Assembly (NCBI RefSeq): GCF_009914755.1
Contig: NC_060930.1
Reading direction: 5' to 3' (one strand)
DNA: 64,000 bases
Origin: the human T2T-CHM13v2.0 reference genome, Homo sapiens
The notes beneath the pieces are model-generated. The model ran no database searches. It saw only the letters and a program-made list of their open reading frames with translations, and was not told the DNA's origin. The number at the start of each line of letters is the position of its first letter. Within the stretch, counting starts at the first letter, position 1. The position numbers and the translations under genes are program-made. This document shows, piece after piece, positions 43,892 through 57,482 of the stretch.

Positions 43892-46800
43892 AGAGACTTA
43901 AATGTTCCCGCCTGCCGGCTCTGGAGAGAACAGTGCATCTTCCAGCACAGTGCTCAAGCTCTGCTAAGGGATAGATTGCCTCCACAAGTGGGTCCCTGAC
44001 CCCCATGCCTCCTGACTGGGAGACACCTCTCAGCAGGGGTCTACAGACACCTCATACAGGAGAGCTCTGGCTGACATCTGGCAGGGGTGCCCCACTGGGA
44101 TGAAGCTTCCAAAAGAAGGATCAGGCAGCATAATTTGCTGTTCTGCAGCCTCCACTGGTGATACCCAGGAAAACAGGGTCTGGAGTGGATCTCCAGCAAA
44201 CTCCAGCAGACCTGCAGCAGAGGGGCCTGACTGTTAGAAGGAAAACTAACAAATGGAAAGGAATAGCGTCAACATCAACAAAAAGGACATCCACAAAGAA
44301 ACCCCATCTGATGGTCACCAACATCAAAGACCAAAGGTAGATAAATCCATGAAGATAAGGAAAAACCAGCACAAAAAGGCTGAAAATTCCAATTACCAGA
44401 ATGCCTCTTCTCCTCCAAAGGATCACAACTCCTCTCTAGCAAGGGAACAAAACTGGATGGAGAATGAGTGAAAAATTAACAAAAGTAGGCTTCAGAAGGT
44501 AGGTAATAACAAACTCCATTGAGGTAAAGGAGCATGTTCAAACTCAATGCAAAGATGCTTAGAATCATGATACTAGGTTACAAGAGCTGCAAACTAGAAT
44601 AACCAGTTTAGAGAAGAACACAAATGACCTAATGGAGCTGAAAATCATAGCACAAGAACTTCGTGAAGCATACACAAGTATCAATAGCCGAATCAATCAA
44701 GCAAAAGAAGGGATATCAGAGATTGAAAATCAACTTAAGAAATAATGTGTGAAGACAAGATTAGAGAAAAAATAATGAAAAGAAACAAACAAATCCTCCA
44801 AGAAATATAGGACGATATGAAAAGACCAAACCTATGTTTGATTGGTGTGCCTGAAAGTGACGAGGAGAATGGAACCAAGTTGGAAAACACTCTTCAAAAT
44901 ATTATCCAGGAGAACTTCCCCAACCTAGCAAGACGGGCCAACATTCAAATTCAGGAAATACAGAGAACACCAAAAGATATTCCTCAAGAAGAGCAACCCC
45001 AAGACACATAATCGTCAGATTCACCAAGATTGAAATTAAGGAAAAAATGTTAAGGGCAGCCAGAGAGAAAGGTCAGGTTACACACAAAAGGAAGCCCACC
45101 AGACTAATAGCAGATCTCTCTTCAGAAACACTACAAGCCAGTAGAGAGTGGAGGCCAATATTCAACATTCTTGAAGAAAAGAATTTTCAACCAAGAATTT
45201 CACATCCAGCCAAACTAAACTTCATAAGTGAAGAAGAAATAAAATCCTTTACAGACAAGCAAATGCTGAGAGACTTTGTCACCACCAGGCCTGCCTTACA
45301 AGAGCTCCTAAAGGAAGCAGTAAATATGGAAAGGCACAACCAGTACCAGCCACTGCAAAAAAATACCAAATTGTAAGGACCACTCTATGAAGAAACTTCA
45401 TCAACTAACAGGCAAAATAACCAGCTAGCATCATAATGACAGGATCAAATTCACACATAACAATATTAACCTTAAATGTAAATGGGCTAAATGCCCCAAT
45501 TATAAGACATTTGATAGAGTCAAATGTCAAATTGGATAGAGTCAAGACCCATTGGTGTGCTGTATGCAGGAGACCCATCTCACGTGCAAAGACACACACA
45601 TAGGCTCAAAATAAAAGGATGGAGAAAAGTAAATGGAAAGCAAAAAAAAAAAACAAACAAAAAACAGATGTTGCAATCCTAGTCTCTAATAAAACAGACT
45701 TTAAACCAACAAAGATCAAAAGAGACAAAGAACACCATTACATAATGGTAAAGGGATCAATGCAACAAGAAGAGCTAACTATCCTAAATATATATATATA
45801 CCCAATACAGGAGCACCCAGATTCATAAAGCAAGTTCTTAGAGACCTAGGAAGAGACTTACACTCCCACACAATAATAGAGGGAGACTTTAATACCACAC
45901 TGTCATTATTACACAGATCAACAAGACAGAAAATTAACAAGGATATTCAGGACTTGAACTCAGCTCTGGACCAAGCCAACCTAATAGACATCTACAGAAT
46001 TCTTCATCTCAAATAAACAGAATATGCATTCTTCTCAGCACCACATCGCACTTATTCTAAAATTGACCACGTAATTGGAGGTAAAACACTCCTCAGCAAA
46101 TGCAAAAGAACAGAAATCATAACCAACAGTCTCTCAGACCACAGTGCAATCAAATTAGAACTCAGGATTAAGAAACTCACTCAAAACTGCACAACTATGT
46201 GGAAACTGAACAACCTGCTCCTGAATGATTACTGGGTAAATAACGAAATTAAGGTAGATTAAAGAAGTTTTTTGAAACCAAGGAGAACAAAGATACAACA
46301 TACCAGAAACTCTGGGACACATTTAAAGCAGTGTTTAGAGGGAAATTTATAGCACTAAATGCCTACAGGAGAAACAGGAAAGATCTAAAATCAACACCCT
46401 AACATCACAATTGAAAGAACTAGAGAAGCAAGAGCAAACAAATTCAAAAGTTAGCAGAAGACAAAAAATAACTAAGATCAGAACAGAACTGAAAAATAGA
46501 AAGAGACATGAAAAACCTTTCAAAAAATCAATGAATCAAGGAGGTGGGTTTTTGAAAAGATTAACAAAAGAGCTAGACCACTAGCCAGACTAATAAAGAA
46601 GAAAAGAGAGAAGAATCAAATAGACACACACAAAAAAATAATAAAGAGGAGATCACCACTGATCCCACAGAAATACAAACTACTATCAGAGAATACTGTA
46701 AACACCTCTACACAAATAAACTAGGAAATCTATAAGAAATGGATAAATTCCTGGACAAATACACCCTCCCAAAACTCAACAAGGAAGAAGTCGAATCCCT

Positions 46801-49800
46801 GAATAGACCCATAACAAGTTCTAAAATTGAGGCAGTAATTAATAGCCTACCAACCAAAAAAAAAGCCCAGGACCAGACAGATTCACAGCCAAGTACTACC
46901 AGAGGTACAAAGGGGAGCTGGTAACATTCCTTCTGAAACTATTGCAAACAATAGAAAAAGAGGGACTCCTGCATAACTCATTTTATGAGGCCAGCATCAT
47001 CCTGATAGCAAAACCTGGCGGAGACACAACAAAAAAAGAAAATTTCAGGCCAATATCCCTGATGAACATCAATGCAAAAATCCTCAATAAAATACTGGCA
47101 AACTGAATCCAGCAGCACATCAAAAAGCTTATCCACCATAATCAAGTCAGCTTCATCCCTGGGATGCAAGGCTGGTTCAACATATGCAAACTATTAAACG
47201 TAATCCATCACATAAACAGACCCAGTGACAATAACCACATGATTATCTCAATAGATGCAGAAAAGGCCTTCGATAAAATTCAACATCCCTTCATGCTAAA
47301 AACTCTCAATAAACTAGGTATTGATGGAATGTATCTCAAAATAATAAGAGCTATCTATGACAAACCCACAGCAAATATCATACTGAATGGGCCAAAGCTG
47401 GAAGCATTCCCTTTGAAAACCTGCACAAGACAAGGATGCTGTCTCTCACCCCTCCTATTCAACATAGTATTGGAAGTTCTAGCCAGGACAATCAGGCAAC
47501 AGAAGGAAATAAAGGGGATTCAATTAGGAAAAGAGGAAGTCAAATTGTCTCTGTTTGCAGATAACATGATTGTATATTTAGAAAACCCCATGGTCTTGGC
47601 CCAAAATCTTCTTAAGCTGATAAGCAACTTCAGCAAAGTCTCAGTATACAAAATCAATGTGCAAAAATCACTAGCATTCCTATACACCAATAATAGACAA
47701 ACAGAGAGCCAAATCATAAATGAACTCCCATTCACAGTTGCTACAAAGAGAATAAAATACCTAGGAACACAAATTACAAGGTATGTGAAGGACTTCTTCA
47801 AGGAGAACTACAAAGCACTACTCAAGGAAATAAGAGAGGACACAAACGAATGGAAAAATATTCCATGCTTATAGATAGGAAGAATCAGTATCATGAAAAT
47901 GGCCATACTGCCCAAAGTAATTGATAGATTCAATGCCATCCCCATCAAGCTACCATTCACTTTCTTCACAGAATTAGAAAAAAACTACTTTAAATTTCAT
48001 ATGAAACCAAAAAAAGAGCCCGTAAAGTCAAGACAATCCTAAGCAAAAAGAACAAAGCTGGAGGCATCATGCTATCTGACTTCAAACTACACTACAAGGC
48101 TACAGTAACCGAAACAGCATGGTACTGGTACCAAAACAGATACATAGACCAATGGAACAGAACAGAGGCCTCAGGAATAACACCACACGTCTATAACCAT
48201 CTGATCTTTGACAAACCTGACAAAAACAAGCAATGGGGAAAGAATTCCCTATTTAATAAATGGTGGTGGGAAAACTGGCTAGCCATATGCAGAAAACTGA
48301 AACTGGACCCCTTCCTTATGCAAAAGTTAACTTATGCAAAAGTTAACTCAAGATGGATTAAAGACTTAAACATAAGACCTAAAACCATAAAAACCCTAGA
48401 AGAAAACCTAAGCAATACTATTCAGGACATAGGCATGTGAAAAGACTTCATGACTAAAACACTAAAAGCAATGGCAACAAGAGACAAAATTGACAAATGG
48501 GATCCAATAAAACTAAACAGCTTCTGCACAGCAAAATAAACTAACATCAGAGTGAACAGGAAACCTACAGAATGGGAGAAAATTTATGCAATCTACCCAT
48601 CTGACAAAGGGCTACTATCCAGAATCTACAAAGTACTTAAACAAATTTACAAGAAAAAAACAAACAACCCCATCAAACAGTGGGTAAAGGATATGAAAAG
48701 ACACTTCTCAAAAGAAGACATTTATGCAGCCAACGGACACATGAAAAAATGCTCATCATCACCGGCCATCAGAGAAATGCAAATGAAAACCACAAGATAC
48801 CATCTCACGCCAGTTAGAATGGTGATCATTAAAAAGTCAGGAAACAGTCGGGCTTGCTGGCTCACACCTGTAATTCCAGCACTTTGGGAGGCCAAGGCAG
48901 GTGGATCACTAGGTCAAGAGTTCAAGACCAGCCTGGCCAAGATGGTGAAACCCTGTGTTTTCTAAAAATACAAAAAGTAACTGGGTGTGGTGCCGGGCAC
49001 CTGTAATCCCAGCTACTTGGGAGGCTGAGGCAGAGAATTGCTTGAACTGGGAGGCGGAGTTTGCAGTGAACTGAGATTGTACCACTGCACTCCAGCCTGG
49101 GTGACAGAGTGAGGCTTCATCTCAAAAAAAAAAAAAAGGAAACAACAGATGCTGGAGAGGATGTGGAGAAATAGGAACACTTTTACACAGTTGGTGGGAG
49201 TGTAAATTAGTTCAACCATTTTGGAAGACAATGTGGTGATTCCTCAAGGATCCAGAACCACTAGAACCAGAAATACCATTTGACTAAGCAATCCCATTAT
49301 TTGTTATCTACCCAAAGGATTATAAATCATTCTACTATAAAGACACATGCACACATATGTTTATTGCAGCACTTTTCACAATAGCAAAGACTTGGAACCA
49401 ACCCAAATGCCCATCAATGATAGACTGGATAAAGAAAATGTGGCACATATACACCATGGAATACTATGCAGCCATAAAAAAGGATGAGTTCATGTCCTTT
49501 GCAGGGACATGGATGAAGCTGGAAACCATCATTCTCATCAAACTAACACAAGATCAGAAAACCAAACACCACATGTTCTCACTCATAAGTGGTAGTTGAA
49601 CAATGAGAACACATGGACACAGGGAGGGGAACATCACACACTGGGGCCTGTCAGGGGATGCGGAGCCTAGTGAAGGGAAAACATTAGGAAAAATGTCTAA
49701 TGTAGATGACGGGTTGATGGGTGCAGCAAACCACCATGGCACATGTATACCTATGTAACAAACCTGCACATTCTGCACATGTATCCCAGAACTGAAAGTA

Positions 49801-49825
49801 TAATAAAAAATAAATAAATAATAAT
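43892..49825 (+). mobile_element. Near full-length L1PA (L1PA7/8-like), 5'UTR truncated, ORF1 and ORF2 disrupted
   Basis: ORF1 remnants at about 44350-45376. ORF2 from ATGACAGGATCAAATTC (about 45436) includes an RT peptide at 47164-47874 ([10 protein letters not shown]). 3'UTR ends TTCTGCACATGTATCCCAGAAC plus an A-rich tail. TSD AAGAAATTGAATAAGA at 43876-43891 and 50083-50098. Confidence 0.95.
48848..49137 (+). mobile_element. Alu nested in L1PA ORF2
   Basis: Alu dimer; TSD AGGAAACA. Confidence 0.93.
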
Positions 49826-50082
49826 GATGACGGAAAAAATAATATGTTGGCTGTAAATACTTGCCAAAATGCTTTAATCCCAATGCCTTTTGCTCTCCAA
49901 AAGCAACCTCAAGACATATATTTTGGTTTTTCACCCCTCAAAATGGATAAGCTCTATTTTAAGGCATTATTAGCTTTATTTATTATTAGCTCTTTCTCTC
50001 ACGTATTTTCAAAATTATTAGCTTTATATTTATGTTTAAAAGAACTTTCTTTAATAATTATCATTTCAAAAATAAATTTAAG
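49826..50082 (+). other. Probable L1 3'-transduced flank
   Basis: Non-L1 sequence between the L1 tail and the downstream TSD. Confidence 0.75.
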
Positions 50083-50972
50083 AAGAAATTGAATAAGACA
50101 TCAAAAAATGGAAAAATATTACATGTTCATGGATTGGAAGAATAAATATTGTTAAAATGCTCATACTAGCCAAAGCAATCTATAAATTCAATGCAGTTCC
50201 TATCAAAATACCAGTGACATTCTTCAGAGAAATTTAAAAACATTCAACAAATTATATGGATCCACAAAGGGCTCAGAATAGCCAAAGAGCTATCCTTAGC
50301 AAAAAGAACAAAACTGGAGGAATCACATTACCTGAATTCAATTATACTACAGAGCTATAGCAACTGAAACAGCATGGTATTGGCATAACAACAGACACAT
50401 AGACTTGTGAAACAGTATAGAGAATGCAGAAACAAATTTATACATGTACAGTTAACTCATTTTCAATGAAGTTGTGAAAAATATGCATTTGGGAAAAAAA
50501 CAGTCTCTTCAATAAATGGTGCTGGAAAAAGTGGATATCCATGTGCAGAAGAATGAAACTAGACACTTATCTCTTGTAACATACAAAAATCAAATCAAAA
50601 TGGATTAAAATCTTAACTTGAAAACCTCAAACTATGAAACTACTACAAGAAAACATTGAGGAAACTCCCTATGACATTGGATTGGGCAAAGATTTCCTGA
50701 GTAATACCCCACAAGCACAAACAACTGACGCAAAAATGGACAAATGGAATCACTTCAAGTTAAAAAGCTTCTGCACAGCAGAAGAAACAGTTAACACAGT
50801 GAAGAATGAATCCACAGAATCAGAGAAAATTATTTGCAAACTATCCATCTGACAAGAGATTAATAACCAAAATATGTAAGGAACTTAAACAACTATTTAG
50901 GAAAAAATTTAATAATCTGATTTTAAAATGGCCAAAAGATCTGAATAGACATTTTTCAGAAAAAGACATACA

Positions 50973-51269
50973 GGCCATTCGCAGTGGCTCACACCTGTAA
51001 TCCCAGCACTTTGGGAGGCCAAGACAGGTAGATTGCTTGAGCTCAGGAGTTCCAGACCAGCCTGGGCAACACGGTGAAACCTTGTCTCCACCAAAAATAC
51101 AAAAAAATAGCTGGGAATGATTGTGCGTACCTGTAGTCCCAGCTGCTCGAGAGGCTCAGGTGGGAGATCACTTGAGCCCAGAAGGTGGAGGCTGCCATGA
51201 GCCAAGATTGTGCCACTGCACTCCAGCCTAGGTGACAGAGTGAGACCACATCTCAAAAAAAAAAAAAAA
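50973..51269 (+). mobile_element. Alu (AluJ/S) nested in L1
   Basis: TSD AAAAGACATACA. Confidence 0.93.
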
Positions 51270-51391
51270 GACATACAAATGGCAAACAGGCATATGAAAG
51301 GTGCTCAACATCATTGATTATCAAAGAAATGCAGATCAAAGCTACAATGAGATATCCTCTCAGCCCAGTTAAAATGGCTTTATATCCAAAG

Positions 51392-52057
51392 TGTGAACCC
51401 AAAAGTATCTGAGATAGGTCTCAATCAATTTAAAAACGTATTTGCCAAGGTTAAGGATGTACCTGTGACACAGCCTCAGGAGGTCCTGATGACTTGGGCC
51501 CAAGGTGGTTGGGGTACAGCTTGATTGTATACGTTTCAGGGATGTGTGAGACATCAACCAATATGTATAAGAGGTATATTGGTTCAGTCCAGAAAGGTGG
51601 GACAACTTGAAAGGAGTGAGTGTTGCGGGGGTGGGGGGGCTCACATTTCTTACATGTGAGAGAAGGATAGAGGATTAGTCACATGCCTCAGTCTGGGTTA
51701 GTGAATCTGCATTTTTACATAAACAGTAGGACAGAGGAAGCAATCAAATACGCATTTGTCGCAGGTGAGGATGACTTTGAGTTCTGTCCTTTTTCCTGAA
51801 CCTGTGAAGATAAGCTATCAATTTATATTGCCAAGGTGGAATTCAGCAGAACTGTTTTAGGGTAAAGATATTGAGGCCCACAGGAATTTCCTTGTGGGCA
51901 AATTTTAAGGGAGGTATGTAGCTTTTTAAAAAAAATATTCGTACCTACCTTATTTAGGAATAAAATGGTAGGCAGATTTGCCTGATGCAGTTCCCAGCTT
52001 GACTTTTCCCATTGGCTCAGTGATTTGGAGGGTCCTGAGGTTTATTTTCCTTTCACG
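51392..52057. mobile_element. MER4A-like ERV1 solo LTR
   Basis: TGTGAACCCAAAAGTATCTGAGATAGGTCTCAATC...TTTATTTTCCTTTCAC; 4-bp TSD AAAG. Confidence 0.85.
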
Positions 52058-53187
52058 AAAGACAGGCAATAACATATGTTGGAGAGAATGTGGAGAAAAG
52101 GGAACCCTCATATCCTCATACTGGCAAGAATGTAAATTAGCACAACCACGATGAAGAACGTTTGGAGATTCCTCAAAAAACTAAAAATAGAGCCATTGCA
52201 TCCAGTATATTTAGACCTTTGATCAATCTTGGATGTAGTTTTATGTATGGGGTAAGATAGAGGTCCTGTTGTTCTGGGCTGGGCATTTTTTTCCCAGATG
52301 AATAACCCATCATGTTAACATAATTTATTAAATAATCTTTCACATAATTAATATAAAATAATTATATTTTCTGTATATCCTTGTGTCTATTTCCAATTTG
52401 GTTACACTGGATTTTATCACAAGTTTTAATGTCTAGTAAAGCAATTTCCTCATCATTGAATTTTTAAATTTATATTGTGTGCTACTGACTATTTTTCCAT
52501 TTGACTTTTAAATAAAACTATTATTTTTATGTGGAGAATTCCAGGAGAGGGAGGAATGCTTTCTGCATGCCTTTTAGGAGGCCATGGTGGATCTCAGCCC
52601 CATCGGTCACAACAGCAACAGCAATCACCTTATCAGCCTTATTTCTATCATCTCTTCCTCTTTTCTTGTCTTGTTTTGCACACGATTGCACCCCTACTTT
52701 CTGCCAGATAAACTCTCTGCTGCCAAGACTTGTCTCAGGCCCTTATTTTGGAGCACTTAAAAACTAGGATATTTTATTTTTTTAATAAAATAAAAACATT
52801 TCACAGCTTTGATTTATCCTATGAGAGCAGCTTTAGCTGCTATGAGGTGTACTCTCTTTCAATAATTTCTACATAATTAGTAATTGGTAATTTTAGCTCC
52901 TCTTTTCATCAGATGAATATTTTGGAGAGTTTTTATTTATTTAAAAGTAGCTAAGCATTCTGGAATTGTAATGAAAGAATGTAGTCTATAAAAATCTCTA
53001 TTTTAAAAAAGTATTATATTTGTTATTATTAATATTATTTTTGATTGACCAATCATAATTGCATATGTTTATGGGGTACTATGTGATGTTTTGATATATG
53101 TGTACAATGTGAAATGATTAAATCAGGCTCATTAACATATCCATCACCTCACTTACCAAATATATATATATACACATATATATGTTT

Positions 53188-53342
53188 CTTTTTTTGAGAC
53201 AGGGTCTCACTCGTTGCCCAAGCTTGAGTTCAATGGTGTGATCTTGGCTTACTGCAGTCTCAACCTCCCAGGCTCAAGGAATCCTCTTTCCTCAGCCTCC
53301 TGAGTAGCTGGGACCACAGGCACATGCCATCATGCCTGGCTA
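53188..53342 (-). mobile_element. Alu right-arm monomer / truncated AluJ
   Basis: Single reverse Alu arm. Confidence 0.85.
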
Positions 53343-53870
53343 AACCTATCATTTTCAATGATGAGACATTTTAAATGTACTGTTTTATTTTGAAATATAC
53401 TATACATTGTTCTCTATAAAGTACATTATACATAATAGACCTCAAACCTATTTCTCCTACCTGAAACTTTGTACTCTTGGATCAACAACTCCCTATTCCT
53501 TCCTTTCCTACTGCCCCTCCTTTCCCAGTCTCTGGTAGCCATCATTCTACTCTCTGCTTCTATGAGTTCAACTTTATTAGATTCTACATGTAAGTGAGAT
53601 CATGTGGCATTTGTTTTCTGCATTTTCTTTGGTATTTGGATTATTTTACTTAGAATAATATCCTCCAGATTTATCTATGTTGTCATAAATGACAGAATTT
53701 CACCCTAGTTTTAGACTTAATAGTATCTCATTGTGTATATATCTTACATTTTCTATGCATTCATCCATTGATGGACACTTAAGTTGATTCTACATCTTAG
53801 CTTTTGTGAATAATCATGCAATGAACATGGGAATGCAGGTATTCCTTTGACATATTCTTTTTTATTTAAT

Positions 53871-53967
53871 GCTAGTTTTGTGAAGCAGTGGGAGTGGAGA
53901 AGGAACAAAGAAATGTGTAACTAGTTTTGATCAATTAGTTGTGAACACCACTGCATTCAGATCAGCC
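53871..53967 (-). pseudogene. Y3 RNA (RNY3) processed pseudogene
   Basis: Reverse complement GGCTGATCTGAATGCAGTGGTGTTCACAACTAATTGATC...CTCCCACTGCTTCAC..ACTAGC matches hY3; A-tail at 53858-53870; 15-bp TSD at 53843-53857 and 53968-53982. Confidence 0.95.
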
Positions 53968-54512
53968 TCCTTCAACATATTCATTTCAATTTCTTTGACT
54001 GTATACCCAAAAGTGTAATTACTGTACCATATGGTAGTTCAATTTTTAGTTTTTTGAGGAACCTCCATACCGTTTTCCATAATGACTGTACTAATTTACA
54101 TTCCCACCAGCAATATACAAGAGTTTTGTATTCTCCACATCTTCTCCAACATTTATCTTTCATTATTTTTATAAAAGCCATTCTAATGAGTGTGAGATGA
54201 TATCTCATTGTGATTTTACTATAATTCATGTTTCTCTGATGATTACTGATACTGAGCATTTTTTTTCATGTACCTATTGGCCATTTGTATATCTTCTTTT
54301 GAAAAATGTGTATTCAGGTCCTTTGTCTATTTTTAATTAGGTTATTTGTTTTCTGTCTATTGAGTTGTTTTTTTACTTCTTTATATATTTTGGATATTAA
54401 CTCCTTATTAGATGTATGGTTGAAAATATTTCCTTCCATTCTGTGGGTTGTCTCTTCACTGTGTTAATTGTTTCCTTTGCTGGGCAGAAGTTTTTTAGTT
54501 TGAGCCCATCCC

Positions 54513-54819
<307 letters not shown>

Positions 54820-54881
54820 CTGTCTATTTTTGCTTTTGTTGCCTACGTTTTTAGGGTCATATCAAAAAAGTCATTGCCCAA

Positions 54882-55060
54882 ACTGTGACCTGCAGGCCAA
54901 ATCTGGCCTGCCTCCAGTTTTTATGTGACTCTCACACTAAGAATGGTTTTTACCTTTTATATGGTTGGAGATAAAAAGCAAAAGAAGAAAATTATTTTGT
55001 GAAACATAAAAATTATAGAAAATTCAAATTTCAGTGTCCATCAATAAAGCCTTAGTGGAA
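54882..55060. mobile_element. MER58B-like hAT fragment
   Basis: CCTGCAGGCCAAATCTGGCCTGCC...CTAAGAATGGTTTTTAC...AAATTCAAATTTCAGTGTCCAT. Confidence 0.7.
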
Positions 55061-55506
55061 CACACACACACACGTGCACGCACACACACACACACACGTT
55101 ATTGAACACACACACACACACACACACACTTTATTGTCCAGAAAAATGTCATGGAAATTTTCCACTATGTTTTCTTCTAGTGGCTTAACAGTTTCAGGTC
55201 TTATATGTGTTTAAGTCTTTAATTCATTTTGAGTTGATTTTTTTATATGGTGTAAGGCAAGAGTCTAACTTCATTATTCTGCATGTGGATATCCAGTTTT
55301 CTCAAAACCATCTGTTGAAGAGACTGACATTTCCCCACTGTGAGTTATTGGCATGTTTGTCAAAAATCAATTGACCATAAATGCATAGGTTTATTTCTGA
55401 ATTTTCTATACTGTTTCATTGGTTGATATGTCTGCTTTTTTTGCCAGTACTATCCTCCTCTGATTTTAATCACTTTATAATACGTTTTGAAATCAGAAAA
55501 TATATG

Positions 55507-56196
<690 letters not shown>

Positions 56197-56472
56197 CCTA
56201 TGTTCTGACTCTTGAAATGTTCCCAAGTTTCTTCTCTTTACCTCATGATTTCTGTCTTTTTGTGTTTTGTTTTGCATTTGTTTTCTTTAATGTAATCTCC
56301 AAAACTATCAATTTAATTTTCAGCAACAACCATTCTCTTTGTTTATTTAGTCTAATGATATTTATTTTTGAAAATCGTGTTTCATAATTCCAGCAAGTCT
56401 TTTTATGTATGTGTATATACTGTAAGTTTGTCACAAAAAGTCCTCATTGGTTCTTTGTAAAGGTTTATTCTG

Positions 56473-56965
56473 GATAACTCCGTGTACTCTCCCTTCCTGT
56501 TCTCTTTCCGCCATCTTTCTGCACTGCCACAACGGTGTGCATAAATGTCCTGGCTGATGATCTCAAGAGCATCAACAATGCTGAAAAGAGAGGCAAATGC
56601 TAGGTTCTTATTAGGCCGTGCTCCAAAGTTATTGTCTGATTCCTAACTGTGATGATGAAGCATGGTTACATTGACAAATTTAAAGTCACTGATGATCACA
56701 GAGCAGGGATAATTGTTGTGAACCTCACAGGAAGTCTAAACTAGTGTGGAGTGATCGGCCCCAAATTTGATATGCAACTCAAAGATCTAGAAAAATGGCA
56801 GAATAATTTGCTTCCATCCTGCTAGTTTAGGTTTGTTGTACTGACAACCTCAGCTGGCATCATGGACCACAAAGAATCAGGATGAAAACACACAGGAGGG
56901 AAGATCCTGGGAATTTTTTCTAGAGGTGTAATCCATATTTACAAAGAAAATTCCTCATGAGAAAA
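56473..56965 (+). pseudogene. RPS15A (40S ribosomal protein S15a) processed pseudogene
   Basis: Intronless. 5'TOP CTCTTTCC at 56502. CDS remnant 56532-56923 (start mutated to ACG) reads [18 protein letters not shown]...DLEKWQNNLLPS...HTGGKILG with several stops. TSD AAAG(G/A)TTTATTCTG at 56459-56472 and 56966-56979. Confidence 0.96.
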
Positions 56966-57170
56966 AAAGATTTATTCTGCCTCTCCCGAAAATTTTAGTT
57001 CAACGACATCCATCAGGTTTTAGCTGTTCTTCATCTTTCTGGTTACCAAACCTGTTTAAGTCTTTAGCACTTTTCCTTTGCTTGCTCACATCTGATCTCC
57101 CTCAGCTATTTGGTCAGTCTGTTAGGCTCTTTCAGAGACAAACCAGCAAGTGATAGAAAGTACAAAAGTT

Positions 57171-57482
57171 GGCTGGGCGCAGTGGCTCACGCCTGTAATC
57201 CCAGCACTTTGGGAGGCCGTGATGGGTGAATCATGAGGTCAGAAGTTCGAGACCAGACTGGCCAACGTAGTGAAACTCTGTCTCTACTAAAAATACAAAA
57301 AAATTAGCCAGGCGTGGTGGCAGGCACCTGTAATCCCAGCTACTAAGGAAGCTGAGGCAGGAGAATCGCTTGAACCTGAGAGGCGGAGGTTGCGGTGAAC
57401 TGAGATCACGCCATTGAACTCCAGCCCGGGCAACAGTGCAAGACTCAGTCTCAAAAAAAAAAAAAAAAGAAAGAAAGAAAGA
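57171..57482 (+). mobile_element. Alu (AluS)
   Basis: TSD AGAAAGTACAAAAGTT; (GAAA)n tail. Confidence 0.95.

Larger units (their letters stand above)
40185..52195 (+). mobile_element. Older L1 (L1PB-like) host element: 5'UTR plus ORF2, ORF1 deleted, interrupted by nested insertions
   Basis: L1PB-type 5'UTR at 40185-41258 joined directly to ORF2. ORF2 peptides appear in ORFs 42812, 43118, 43526 and 50634, and ORF2 resumes at 50099 after the nested L1. Confidence 0.85.

Noticed and set aside
47164-47874. 236-aa reverse-transcriptase ORF
   Set aside because: Fragment of a disrupted L1 ORF2 with the FADD motif changed to FADN; not an active element or a new RT system.
48315-48346. 16-bp tandem duplication in L1 ORF2
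   Set aside because: Ordinary post-insertion slippage mutation.
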